From: an uncultured Candidatus Saccharibacteria bacterium
GTDB lineage: Bacteria > Patescibacteriota > Minisyncoccia > Phycocordibacterales > UBA918
Reading direction: 5' to 3'
Assembly: GCA_964350735.1 (NCBI GenBank)
Contig: CAYGKO010000001.1
Span: 310,578-374,577, forward strand
Length of the DNA stretch: 64,000 nt
Shown: positions 39,632 through 49,041 of the stretch, piece after piece
Layout of the letters: each line of letters begins with the position of its first letter
Numbering within the stretch: the first letter of the stretch is position 1
Program-made: the position numbers and the translations under genes
The notes under the pieces: model-generated
What the model saw: only the letters and a program-made list of their open reading frames with translations
The model's database searches: none
What the model was told of the DNA's origin: nothing

Positions 39632-39753
39632 GATGAAGTTTTTTAGTGGATAATGACTCTATTGTATTCCTGCATTTTGGAAGTGTCAAGAGTGTAAAAT
39701 AAGTTGACTAAATAGTGTGTAATTTAGGCTGAAATATGGTATAATAAGGGGGT

Positions 39754-40398
39754 ATGCACGAACTACAATCAAAACTATACAACCTGGCCAAGCACGAAGA
39801 CCTCGGTAAATTGAGTCTTCGCCAGATAGCCAAGATGATCGGTGCGGATAATAAGCCTCAGATAGCAAAGCATCACCTACTACAACTCGATAAAATTGGT
39901 CTGTTACAGGTGAATCTTGATGAGGGTGTGGTGAAGCCTACAAAGCGTGGCTTTAACATGCCTGCCGCTAAACGTTTATTTTATTCTCTGCCAATTGTCG
40001 GCATGGCCAATTGTGGCCCCGCTAATGTTTTTGCTGAAGAGCGGATTGAGGGCTACCTCAAAGTGTCAGCGAAAATGCTACCGCACCGTAAGAGTGACTT
40101 ATTTGTTCTAGTGGCTGATGGTCCGTCGATGAATAAGGCTGAGGTGCGTGACGGAGTGACGATTGAAGATGGTGATTATGTAGTAGTCGATAGCGCAGAC
40201 AGAACCCCTACTAACGGAGATGTTGTTGTTGCGGTGATTGAGGGGCTAGCAACGATTAAACGGTACCGAAAAGATACTAAGAATAATCGAGTATTGCTTG
40301 AAGCAGATTCAACTGAAAAGTATCACCCGATTGTTATTGCTGAGGATGACGAGTTCGTAATTAGCGGAATAGTAGTAGATGTGATTAAGAAAAATTAG
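39754..40398 (+). CDS. LexA-like repressor (HTH plus S24 peptidase)
   Basis: LSLRQIA HTH, cleavage loop ANCGP, GPSMN serine, ATIKR lysine. Confidence 0.88.
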   Translation: MHELQSKLYNLAKHEDLGKLSLRQIAKMIGADNKPQIAKHHLLQLDKIGLLQVNLDEGVVKPTKRGFNMPAAKRLFYSLPIVGMANCGPANVFAEERIEGYLKVSAKMLPHRKSDLFVLVADGPSMNKAEVRDGVTIEDGDYVVVDSADRTPTNGDVVVAVIEGLATIKRYRKDTKNNRVLLEADSTEKYHPIVIAEDDEFVISGIVVDVIKKN

Positions 40399-40407
40399 AA
40401 CCGGAAT

Positions 40408-41403
40408 ATGAATGAAATAAATACTGCATTGGATAAATTACTTAAAGTGAATATAAATATCGGTCAAACAGCACGCTCACAAGGATCTATTAGTCATAAC
40501 TATATTCGCGATGTTTTAAAAGGTAAGAGCAGTACTAATCCACTCTTTCCACGTCTGGTGGATGGAGATTTTTTAAGTGGTTCGTATGCTCGAGGGACAA
40601 AGTTGAAGCCGCTTGATGACATTGACGTTATGGTGGTGATAGATGGTGCCGGATTACATGTCGTTAACAGTGGGTTGGTGCAAAACATTGGAGTTAGAGG
40701 ATCAGAGAAACACGATAATCCAATTTTGCAACACATTGGAGTTGATTCACTTCTAAGTTCTGCCAAAGTGATGTCACTTTTTCAAAAAGCGTTGAGTGAA
40801 ACCCACCCCAACTCAAAGATTCGCAATGATGAGCAGGCGGTAAACGTATGGTTAGAATCATATGGTCTTGGCATAGATGTTGTGCCATGTTTCCATCTTA
40901 TTCCACAAAGTGGCACGAGAGATTATTATTTTATTCCTGAAGGAAACGGCGGTACTGGCTGGAAGACAACAAATCCAAAAATTGATGAAGAGATATCAAG
41001 TACTCTTCACGAACGTCACGATAAAAAGCTAAAGAAAGTAATTCGTTTGGTTAAGTATTGGAACACTGTAAGTAATAACGGCAATCTCAAGTCGTATCAT
41101 ATTGAAACGCTTGCATGGCACATATTCGATAAGCGTACAGAAGTTATTCGTTCGCTAGAAGATGGATTGATAGCATTCTTTGTAGGTGCAGACGAGTTCC
41201 TTGCTATTGCGTGCGCTGACAAAACAGCTCTAGGAGGTCCGGTCGACCACTATCTTTCTGAAACTGCTCGCGCTAATTCTCGTCAGAAAGTTCGCGAAGT
41301 GTTTGGATTATTGTCTGATACGTATGTTACTCACGAGAATGACCCAGCCTTAAGAAAACGTGTCTGGCAAACGATATTTTCAAATAAACTTTCATTTGCA
41401 TGA
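40408..41403 (+). CDS. cGAS/DncV-like (SMODS) nucleotidyltransferase, CBASS synthase
   Basis: FLSGSYARGT..DDIDV, IDVVPCF, WKTTNPK, IRLVKYWN, SYHIE. Confidence 0.88.
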   Translation: MNEINTALDKLLKVNINIGQTARSQGSISHNYIRDVLKGKSSTNPLFPRLVDGDFLSGSYARGTKLKPLDDIDVMVVIDGAGLHVVNSGLVQNIGVRGSEKHDNPILQHIGVDSLLSSAKVMSLFQKALSETHPNSKIRNDEQAVNVWLESYGLGIDVVPCFHLIPQSGTRDYYFIPEGNGGTGWKTTNPKIDEEISSTLHERHDKKLKKVIRLVKYWNTVSNNGNLKSYHIETLAWHIFDKRTEVIRSLEDGLIAFFVGADEFLAIACADKTALGGPVDHYLSETARANSRQKVREVFGLLSDTYVTHENDPALRKRVWQTIFSNKLSFA

Positions 41404-42248
41404 ATAATGATTTACTGAAAAAGGTGGTTGAATTGGAAAGTTTGGCCAAGCTTCTGTTTGATAAGGCAGTCTCTCTACGGTACTCAGCGTTGGGAATCGA
41501 GGTTCTGGCGGGGTTGCTAGCAGTCGCTATTGCCTTATTACAACCGTCTAAGACGGTGCTGTTTTGGTTTGCGGTAATTGGGTTCGTAATGCTGACTGTT
41601 TCGTATGTGCTGAAGGTATATTTCTCTATTATTTACGAACGGGCTGAAACCATGCGACGGCAAGCAGTACTGGCCAATGCTTTGGGTTGGGACATCCAGA
41701 AGGTTCAATTCAGTGAGTGGAGGCAATTAGCTGGAAAGAATCTCTTGAAGAAGTTAGAGAGTGCAACGCTTGACGAGGATTACTATGCAACAAAACAAGA
41801 ATCAGGCGCTTTACGATTACTTGAGATGACACAAGAATCAGCTTTTTGGACACGGCATCTATATAATAGTATCAAGACGTATCTATGGATAATTTTCGGT
41901 ATTGCGACCTTACTGTTCCTTACTGTTCTCACAGTAACATCCTCATACACACTCAACGGCAATCTTTCATTGCAAATTGCTTACGTTGTGTACCTACTAA
42001 TGCCGCTTATCTTAACTATTGATGTATTGGGTTGGGCAATCAAGCTACACATTGTCGCTGGTTCTATTAAAGAAATCGAATGTGACCTGGAACGACTAAA
42101 GGAAAATCATCAGGTGAATGAAGTTAACGTATTGAGACTGGTGTCAGAATACAACTGCCAAGTCATCCAGGGTTTCCCAGTCCCTAGCTGGTTTTTCAGC
42201 ATGCACCATGACCACACAGCTGTTCTTTGGAAAAAAAACAATGAGTAG
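41400..42248 (+). CDS. Four-TM putative CBASS effector (S-4TM-like)
   Basis: ATGA overlap with the NTase; 2 TM, soluble ESAFW region, 2 TM. Confidence 0.7.
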   Translation: MNNDLLKKVVELESLAKLLFDKAVSLRYSALGIEVLAGLLAVAIALLQPSKTVLFWFAVIGFVMLTVSYVLKVYFSIIYERAETMRRQAVLANALGWDIQKVQFSEWRQLAGKNLLKKLESATLDEDYYATKQESGALRLLEMTQESAFWTRHLYNSIKTYLWIIFGIATLLFLTVLTVTSSYTLNGNLSLQIAYVVYLLMPLILTIDVLGWAIKLHIVAGSIKEIECDLERLKENHQVNEVNVLRLVSEYNCQVIQGFPVPSWFFSMHHDHTAVLWKKNNE

Positions 42249-42669
42249 CCCGTTTTCGATTGGTGAAATATGTGCAGTTATTTTTTCACAGACTTCGCAC
42301 ACTATTTATGCAACTGTATTAGAGTTGGTTATTTTTCTCTGGCCGTGGTATTGGCTCCTTATCGTACTTGGTCTTGGTGGTTGGATTGCTTTTGAAATTA
42401 CGACTAGAAACGGCACTATTCATCACAACTCAGAAAATGGTTTTTCACCAGTGTTTAATAGTTTTGTAGGGAGTTGTACATATACTGGATTACAAACATT
42501 TTTTTTCTTCATACTGACGTCGCTGTTTGGTTCAGGTGTCTATTGTTTCGTCTGGCCATTTGCAATACATATCTTGATATTTCTATCGACGGGTAAGTTA
42601 CTACACGTTATTGGATTTTGGCCGAGACTTGAGCGTCCAAACAATAGACGTCGGAATAGGAGGCGGTAA
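42241..42669 (+). CDS. Membrane protein, possible third gene of the CBASS-like operon
   Basis: Overlaps the effector stop; about three hydrophobic segments and a basic tail. Confidence 0.6.
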   Translation: MSSPFSIGEICAVIFSQTSHTIYATVLELVIFLWPWYWLLIVLGLGGWIAFEITTRNGTIHHNSENGFSPVFNSFVGSCTYTGLQTFFFFILTSLFGSGVYCFVWPFAIHILIFLSTGKLLHVIGFWPRLERPNNRRRNRRR

Positions 42670-42802
42670 AAGTTACAGTTACATGTAACTTTAGATCTTT
42701 GATCTGTGTAACTTTTGTAACGTTTTCTTGCGCACGAGACACTATCGAATTGAATTCTGAATGTAAGCTAATCGGTCAAGCCCTGCTTGACCGACCACGG
42801 TT

Positions 42803-44275
42803 CTAGCTCGAGACAGCCCGCAGTTGACGAATTGAGGCATTTTTAGGGGTATTTGCGAGTACTTGATACTCGTCTTTAAACTGAAAGCTAGCCACATTTT
42901 CGTTCTCAATCGTAAGGTTCGAAAGCAACTTTTCTAGCAGTTTACGTTTAGATTCATCTTTTGCTTCGATGTACTCATTTGAGGCTGTATTTCCTTGTTT
43001 AAATACGTTTTTGATTTGTTCGAAAGTAGAATCTGAGAGTGGTCCTTTTTTATCAATTTCTTTGAGTTGATTTTTGAGAGCGGTGCGGTCGTTTTCGATT
43101 TGTTTCATCTTTTCCTCAAAGAGAGGTTTTTTAATAAGAAGTGATGTATATCCATCAACTAAGGTAGATTCTTTCGTGTCGAGCAATTTTAGCTCTTCTA
43201 GGATGCTTTCTCGTGCAGAGTCAGTGTAGGTGTCAGTTGAAGTGTTTTTCTGTCTGTAGGCTTCGGCAGAGAGCTTGATAGTTTCTTCATCAATATGAAG
43301 TTCTTCAAAGAGTTTTCCGATCAGTGCGTCCATTTTCTCGGACCGCAGATACTTGCGGGGAGCAGAGCAGATTTTCTTGCCGTTGGTGCAGTAATAGTAC
43401 TGATGTCCTTTCTTCGTATCTCCTGTATAGGTACAGCCACAGTTGGCACAAGTAACAAAGCCACGAGCAGAGTAGAAATGTTTTTCTTTCTTAGGGTGGT
43501 TCCGATTATTGAAGACGTTTTGAACCGACTCGTATAATTTACTGCTGACAATAGCTTTGTGTTTCCCTTGGTAGACAGTACCTCTAAATTCCATTAGTCC
43601 GGTGTAGAAGATTTGGTTGAGGATTTTGTGGATTTGAGATTTATACACCTTGTTACCAGCAGGGGTACGCATTCCCTCGTTGTACATAATGTCTACTAGG
43701 TCAGTGAGAGTGTACGCACCGGTAGCGTAGAGGTCGAAGATACGTTTTACATACTTGGCGCGTTTGGGTACGACTTTCACTAGTCTGTCTTCTTTGTCAT
43801 TACGATAGCCATAGGGAGCAATGTTCGGCCATTCTCCACGTTCTAGTTTTGCTCTATTGCCACGCTTCACGTTTACACTCAGATCACGGAGATATTGAGT
43901 AGCCATAGCTTGTTCAATACTCATGATGAGTACGTTGTCATGAGGAGAGTAGGTTTTCTCGAATGTTGTTATGCATTGAATATTGCCTTTTTGAAGTAGC
44001 CACTGAATTTGTCCTCCGTCTACTGGATTACGGGTGAGACGGTCGATTTTCCAGCAAAGAATAGCATCAGCTTCACCAGCTAGAATTTTAGTCATCATCT
44101 GATTGAAGACAGGGCGACCAGGAGCTTTGGCAGACATGCTCTCAGTCATGATTTCTACAATCTCAATACCCTGAGCTTCAGCGAGTCGTTTGAGTTCATT
44201 TTCTTGTGACTCTAAAGAGAGGACCTGTCTGTCTTCAGTATCAGTTGATTTTCGAGTGTAGAGAATATATTTCAT
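42803..44275 (-). CDS. Large serine recombinase whose last codons cross the att junction
   Basis: YTRKSTD, WKIDRLTRN, APYGYRN, CANCG..YYYC; the CCGC core lies within the final codons. Confidence 0.93.
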   Translation of the reverse strand: MKYILYTRKSTDTEDRQVLSLESQENELKRLAEAQGIEIVEIMTESMSAKAPGRPVFNQMMTKILAGEADAILCWKIDRLTRNPVDGGQIQWLLQKGNIQCITTFEKTYSPHDNVLIMSIEQAMATQYLRDLSVNVKRGNRAKLERGEWPNIAPYGYRNDKEDRLVKVVPKRAKYVKRIFDLYATGAYTLTDLVDIMYNEGMRTPAGNKVYKSQIHKILNQIFYTGLMEFRGTVYQGKHKAIVSSKLYESVQNVFNNRNHPKKEKHFYSARGFVTCANCGCTYTGDTKKGHQYYYCTNGKKICSAPRKYLRSEKMDALIGKLFEELHIDEETIKLSAEAYRQKNTSTDTYTDSARESILEELKLLDTKESTLVDGYTSLLIKKPLFEEKMKQIENDRTALKNQLKEIDKKGPLSDSTFEQIKNVFKQGNTASNEYIEAKDESKRKLLEKLLSNLTIENENVASFQFKDEYQVLANTPKNASIRQLRAVSS

Positions 44276-44357
44276 AACTGAATGTTTATCTGATAATACG
44301 TCTTATTTCTTCATTCTTCAAATATGACTAATTAGTCAAGGGACTGGGTCGCTTGGG

Positions 44358-45158
44358 CTACGCCCACGCGCGACCCCAGTCCTCAAATAAGTCATCATCA
44401 TATGTTGTACCTTTGATAGCTTCGATGAGCTTTTTTGCATCGGTGAAGTACATGTATTCACCGGGAAGTACATACACATATGGATTCATGTTTTTGACAC
44501 GTTTCTTACTCATACCAGATTTATTCCATTGACGTAGTCGTGCTTTTTGCCAGCGACGAAAGATTCGGAAGTTGCGTCTAATAATCTTGATGTCTTCTTT
44601 TGTTCCGACAATGATAGCGATGTTTCTGTGTAGAAGTGATCGACTATAGCCCCAGAACTGACCACAATCGTGATAAAAGTAGGGAACGGTCTTTTGAGCT
44701 TCTTTGGTTAAATACGAAGCGAGATAGCGCTTGAAGGCTTCGGTCTTACGAATAGGAGATATATGCGCTCCGTGTTCACGATGGCGTTTGTCTTTTGATC
44801 CTACGATCTCATACCACATTCGTTTAAGTTCATCTTCGTTGATTTCTTTATCGGCAAGAATATGGAAGTGACACGCACCTCGTTCTTGAAATTCCATGAA
44901 CCAAAACCAGCGGATACCTCTGTAGTTAAAACGGAGCATCATCTTGTGCAGATGGGACTTTACGATTTTTCCATCCTTTGGGAATTTTCGAGGATATGTG
45001 AGCCCGATTTCGTGCGTCATCTCGTCTGGTAAATTCCTCAGAATATGGCGTGCGCGCTTGATCGAACCGTACGAAAGCCTTTTGATTTGGCCCCTTTCTT
45101 TCCGATTCTGGTCGGTTAATAAATTCTTCGACTGATTGTTCTTGTTTCTTTTTTCCAT
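44358..45158 (-). CDS. Rolling-circle replication initiator-like HUH endonuclease
   Basis: GLTYP motif I, WFMEFQERGACHFHIL motif II, YLASYLTK motif III, GQFWGYS. Confidence 0.82.
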   Translation of the reverse strand: MEKRNKNNQSKNLLTDQNRKERGQIKRLSYGSIKRARHILRNLPDEMTHEIGLTYPRKFPKDGKIVKSHLHKMMLRFNYRGIRWFWFMEFQERGACHFHILADKEINEDELKRMWYEIVGSKDKRHREHGAHISPIRKTEAFKRYLASYLTKEAQKTVPYFYHDCGQFWGYSRSLLHRNIAIIVGTKEDIKIIRRNFRIFRRWQKARLRQWNKSGMSKKRVKNMNPYVYVLPGEYMYFTDAKKLIEAIKGTTYDDDLFEDWGRAWA

Positions 45159-45314
45159 AAGGTATTTGTGTGCAAGGTCCTATCTTCAAATCGAATGGCC
45201 ACATCTCAATTTTTAAGGTCTCGTCTTTATGCCAACGAGGCCCTTGGATTAAGGGGTGCAATATGTCGATTGGTTTTAGCTTCCCAGCGTCAGCTAAGAA
45301 GTATCGGACTTGCT

Positions 45315-45467
45315 TCATTTTTTATTTTGTACGAGCTCACTGAACACTTCGTAGAAGTCAGCTAGAGCGTTTAGGTGCTCGATAGCTGTTTCATCACTAA
45401 TTTCCTCACCGTGTCTGATGAGTACATATAGCTTCATGCGTTTGATAAGCTCGTGGTTAAAACTCAT
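45315..45467 (-). CDS. Small protein (50 aa), absent from the ORF track
   Basis: Hand translation MSFNHELIKRMKLYVLIRHGEEISDETAIEHLNALADFYEVFSELVQNKK*; upstream of Rep. Confidence 0.55.
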   Translation of the reverse strand: MSFNHELIKRMKLYVLIRHGEEISDETAIEHLNALADFYEVFSELVQNKK

Positions 45468-45553
45468 AACCTACGCATTGTCGAGTCGCCATGTGTCGGA
45501 AAAGGAGTACAATGGAATAGTGATGGCTAAAAACCTCGCTATCTTTACAGAGT

Positions 45554-46459
45554 ATGAAAACTTTTAAGACTAAAAAACCCTCATTCTTCAAGAAAGGAAC
45601 GCTGGTTTTTTCTGACTCTGGTCATAAGCTAGTGAGAGACGGCAAATATTACAGGTGCTCTAAAAACACAAACGGAGAGTGCGATCTGCATAAACCAATA
45701 TCGCTAGAAGCGTTCGAGACAAAATTCTCTCGCTTAGCTACTAAGCTTTACTCTGAACGATTGGACTTTGATTCAATTTTCAAAAATCTCTTTCGCGACC
45801 ATTTCTGGGATATCGTTTTTGGTATAGATGAACGCCTGCTGGGGAAAGAGGAAGTGGCGGATTCTACTATCGAACTGCTAAAGAAGGATGCAGGAAATGG
45901 TAAGAAACCGTCTCGATCGTTAGTAAAGGATTTTGAAGAGAACTACATAGAATCACTTAAAGCTGATTATCCGGTAATGTTGCTGGGTTATGCAGTAGGC
46001 ATGGTGCGTGTTTGTTCTATCGAACAAAAGAAATCTGAAATGGGGAGAAGCTTAGCTCATTTCTCTAAAAAGATTTATATCGGAAATGATGGAGAGATTG
46101 AGGTTATAGAATTAGAGCGTTGGGCTTGGTACGTATTTAATGCCGTGATCAAGAAAGCTTATCCTGAGTATCTCAATGAACGAGAGGATTTAAAATTTAT
46201 GAATGAAGAAGACGTTCTGCATACGATGAGTATCACAAAAGCATGCGAAGCGTTTGGTGAAACTGAATTCAATGATGCTCTTGGTGAAAATTTCATTGCT
46301 TGTATAGGCTGGATTAAATTCCTCAAGGAATCTTTCACAGGAATGTTTGATGACGGTCAGGAGGGTGAAATGAACTCCCAGTTTCCGGAACTGATAGAAA
46401 AAATGCAGAATGACCCAGCGCTAGGGATTATGATGAGAGTTAGTGCTATAACAAAATAA
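45554..46459 (+). CDS. Hypothetical protein with N-terminal recombinase-zinc-ribbon-like segment
   Basis: GTLVFSDSGHKL..KYYRCSK..C..KPISLEAFE. Confidence 0.65.
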   Translation: MKTFKTKKPSFFKKGTLVFSDSGHKLVRDGKYYRCSKNTNGECDLHKPISLEAFETKFSRLATKLYSERLDFDSIFKNLFRDHFWDIVFGIDERLLGKEEVADSTIELLKKDAGNGKKPSRSLVKDFEENYIESLKADYPVMLLGYAVGMVRVCSIEQKKSEMGRSLAHFSKKIYIGNDGEIEVIELERWAWYVFNAVIKKAYPEYLNEREDLKFMNEEDVLHTMSITKACEAFGETEFNDALGENFIACIGWIKFLKESFTGMFDDGQEGEMNSQFPELIEKMQNDPALGIMMRVSAITK

Positions 46460-46461
46460 TT

Positions 46462-47577
46462 ATGAAAATTGATAGACAGTTAGTAGAGAACTACAATGAA
46501 CTTGATTGGGAAAGACTTCTTAGAGCAGATCTGGGTAACGCTGGTCAATTGAGCGCAGCTAAACCTTATTTCGACAGAATTAAGAATACTTTTGACTCGA
46601 TTTTAAATAATCCAATTACAGATAGTCTTTCAGATGATGCTAATCAAAGAGTTGAAGTGGAGCTAAATAACTTCATAACTTTTTTGCAAAGTGAAATTGT
46701 GAATTTCTCAGATGTCTCATTGAGAAAACAAAAGCTTACAGCGGTACAAAATAAAGAGTGGCAGATAATAACTAACTTAAATGCTGTCATTTCATACCTG
46801 GTTCTTAATGAGGAAAAAGTGAATATTAAAGACACTGAACTATTACTAGAGAATGCAAAGAAGGAATTAGATTTGGAAAGAGCAAAGTCAAAGTCCCAAA
46901 ACGAAAATATAGCAAGCACTTTCGATAAGTTATCCGAGTCTATAAAACTGGCTGATTCATTAGAGAGTAAATCAGGTGTTATAAAAACTGCAATCATTAG
47001 AGCAGAAGAATGGATAAGTAAAAATGAAGATGCTGTTCAACTCATTTTAAAAAGTAACGCTACAGATTCTGCTAAAAAAGCTGAAGAACATAAAACCTTT
47101 AAGTTTGAATGGGTGAGTATTTGGCTTTTTAAGCACATTCCATACTTACAAAAAATAAAGCAACCTGCAGTTGAAGGTACATTCTTTTGGATTTTGTCCG
47201 CTATTATCTCTGGAACTTTTGTAATGTCTATTATAGGTTTTTTTGTTTATCTTGATTATTTAGGTCGTGAAATTAATGTAGCTAGTGTTCTGTTGAGGTT
47301 ATCAGCAGTCTTAATACCTGCTTACTTTACATTCTTCAGTGCTCAACAATATTTAAGCCATCGAAGGTTATATGAAGCATATAGATTCAGAGACGTAACC
47401 CTGCAAACAATGATTAGTTTGAGAGACCAAAGTCCAGACGATACGTTGGCAAAAGAGCACATTCTTAAAAAAGCTGTTGAGGTAATGTTCGCTGAGCCAA
47501 AAATGAGCGGGGAAGTTAAGTACGACAAGCAGGTTGTGTCTCAATTGTTGGACTTGGCTAGGAACAGATTAGGTTAA
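46462..47577 (+). CDS. Coiled-coil membrane protein
   Basis: Long helical N-terminal region, two C-terminal TMs, AT-rich. Confidence 0.7.
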   Translation: MKIDRQLVENYNELDWERLLRADLGNAGQLSAAKPYFDRIKNTFDSILNNPITDSLSDDANQRVEVELNNFITFLQSEIVNFSDVSLRKQKLTAVQNKEWQIITNLNAVISYLVLNEEKVNIKDTELLLENAKKELDLERAKSKSQNENIASTFDKLSESIKLADSLESKSGVIKTAIIRAEEWISKNEDAVQLILKSNATDSAKKAEEHKTFKFEWVSIWLFKHIPYLQKIKQPAVEGTFFWILSAIISGTFVMSIIGFFVYLDYLGREINVASVLLRLSAVLIPAYFTFFSAQQYLSHRRLYEAYRFRDVTLQTMISLRDQSPDDTLAKEHILKKAVEVMFAEPKMSGEVKYDKQVVSQLLDLARNRLG

Positions 47578-47695
47578 AATATTTCTAACCCCAGCATGCA
47601 CTTAGGGTTGACATTTGCTTGTATAAGTGTTTCTCTTCTATAGAATCGCTCTTTAAAGAGCACCTTACAACACAAAAAATACAGAGGAGGCAGAC

Positions 47696-48787
47696 ATGGA
47701 TCTGACCAAAATCAACGAAATCTTGGCCGCAGAAAGCAAAGCGTTCAAAGAAGGTGTCCAGGACGCTATCGACGCAGCAATTGATCGACGGAAGGATATG
47801 AAGTCTGAAGTCGCAACAATCCTTGGTCTCGACAGCGGCACTACTCTCACAGAGGAAAGCTTCTTCGCAATCCTCGATGGATTTACAGAGATCTCTGGCA
47901 ATCTCGATTCTGTCTTGCAGCAAGCTGGCTTCGACTCAAAGGTCGCAGGCGCTTGGCTTCGTAAAGAAGACCCTCCCAAGGAGGGGTTTCGTGGGCCAAC
48001 GCTTCGTATGTTGGCGGAGGTAGTCTTTGACTACTACGCCGACAACCGTCTTTATCATGACCTGCATCAGGTCTTGGAAGACTGGGGTGACCCTGAGGTA
48101 CTCGCAGCAGCGGCTCATAAGACCCTACCTCTCGATTCTGCACTGGAAGAACTCGGTGTGTTTGATGATGTTAGGGCGCTTGACCAGGGCACAAGAATCC
48201 GTAACTGCATTAAGAATGAAGGTCTTATCACTCTTGGCGAATTGCTGAGTCGTGCGGAAATCGAGTGGCGGCGTGTGCCAAACTTTGGGAACAAGAGTCT
48301 GAGAACCTTAGAGGCTTATCTTAAGGACCGTTTTGGTACTGGATTCATAGACCTCGAAAATCCAGACCCTGACTTAGAACGTTTCCAGAGTATGTCATGG
48401 GAGAGACTGAGCCTTAAAGCGGCTGCGGGTAAACTTTTAGTTACGCAATGGCATGAGAGTGAGAAGAAGCCAGAATACGCTGACCTTGATTACCATGCGT
48501 TTCAGCCCGTATTGCGCGAAAAGGGGCCTGAAGAGGTTTATGTGCAAATTTATGCTGACCATGACTTGATGGAGGCTCTCAAAGAGGCAGGCATTCTGCA
48601 CTGCACTCAGTTAGCAACAGCTCCGCAAAAGGTACTTGATCAAATCTGTCATGGTCAAACTGAATGGCAAGAACAACTTCCGAAGCTCTTAGACTGTGAT
48701 CGTTCCAGTCACTATTATAGGTCTTTGTCGCTGGGAATGGGAACTCCTCTGTTTCTCGACCCAGAGGTTGAAGTATATACCTCATAA
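47696..48787 (+). CDS. Protein containing RNA polymerase alpha-CTD-like domain(s)
   Basis: TRIRNCIKNEGLITLGELL..VPNFGNKSLRTLEAYL; strong SD GAGGAGG. Confidence 0.75.
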   Translation: MDLTKINEILAAESKAFKEGVQDAIDAAIDRRKDMKSEVATILGLDSGTTLTEESFFAILDGFTEISGNLDSVLQQAGFDSKVAGAWLRKEDPPKEGFRGPTLRMLAEVVFDYYADNRLYHDLHQVLEDWGDPEVLAAAAHKTLPLDSALEELGVFDDVRALDQGTRIRNCIKNEGLITLGELLSRAEIEWRRVPNFGNKSLRTLEAYLKDRFGTGFIDLENPDPDLERFQSMSWERLSLKAAAGKLLVTQWHESEKKPEYADLDYHAFQPVLREKGPEEVYVQIYADHDLMEALKEAGILHCTQLATAPQKVLDQICHGQTEWQEQLPKLLDCDRSSHYYRSLSLGMGTPLFLDPEVEVYTS

Positions 48788-48878
48788 GAAGCTTTGGGCC
48801 GTGCGATGATAATCGCGCGGCTCTTTTTCTTGGTTTATTATCTCAAGAATAGTTCGGATTTCGTCCCACACTGCCCGC

Positions 48879-49041
48879 ACAGACAATCACGCCCGCAAGG
48901 GCGTTTTTGTATGTGCGGAGAGTAAAGTAACAGTCCGGGGGACTGTTACGTGGGATTCGAAAAGGTTGCCTGATATTTTCGCCAGAAAATATCGACAACC
49001 TATACTGCTCGTGTAGCGAGAGAAATTCCCTTACTCTCCGC
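48879..49041. repeat. tRNA 3'-associated structured repeat, copy B, ending in a regenerated tRNA-Ser(ACT) 3' end
   Basis: Split perfect antisense GCGGAGAGTAA/GGGATTCGAA, shared scaffold blocks, TCCCTTACTCTCCGC at 49027-49041. Confidence 0.82.

Larger units (their letters stand above)
16959..42817. mobile_element. Integrative element 1 at the tRNA-Ser(ACT) 3' end (metal cargo, recombinase, terminase module, CBASS-like locus)
   Basis: Bounded by CCGC cores (16955-16958, 42818-42821); joined ends give CTAGCTCGAGAC-AGCCCGCC-GTCTAGAGCTAG inverted repeat; 16-bp direct repeat at 16971 and 42732. Confidence 0.75.
42822..48874. mobile_element. Integrative element 2 (recombinase, HUH Rep, accessory genes)
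   Basis: Bounded by CCGC cores 42818-42821 and 48875-48878; the DNA after 48878 is the hairpin plus antisense flank expected directly after tRNA-Ser(ACT). Confidence 0.65.

Noticed and set aside
44926-45318. 130-aa ORF coupled to the 50-aa ORF
   Set aside because: Overlaps Rep by about 230 nt in another frame and has no motif; cannot be supported, although the ATGA overlap leaves it possible
33263-48787. Complete prophage
   Set aside because: No recognisable portal, capsid, tail or lysis genes
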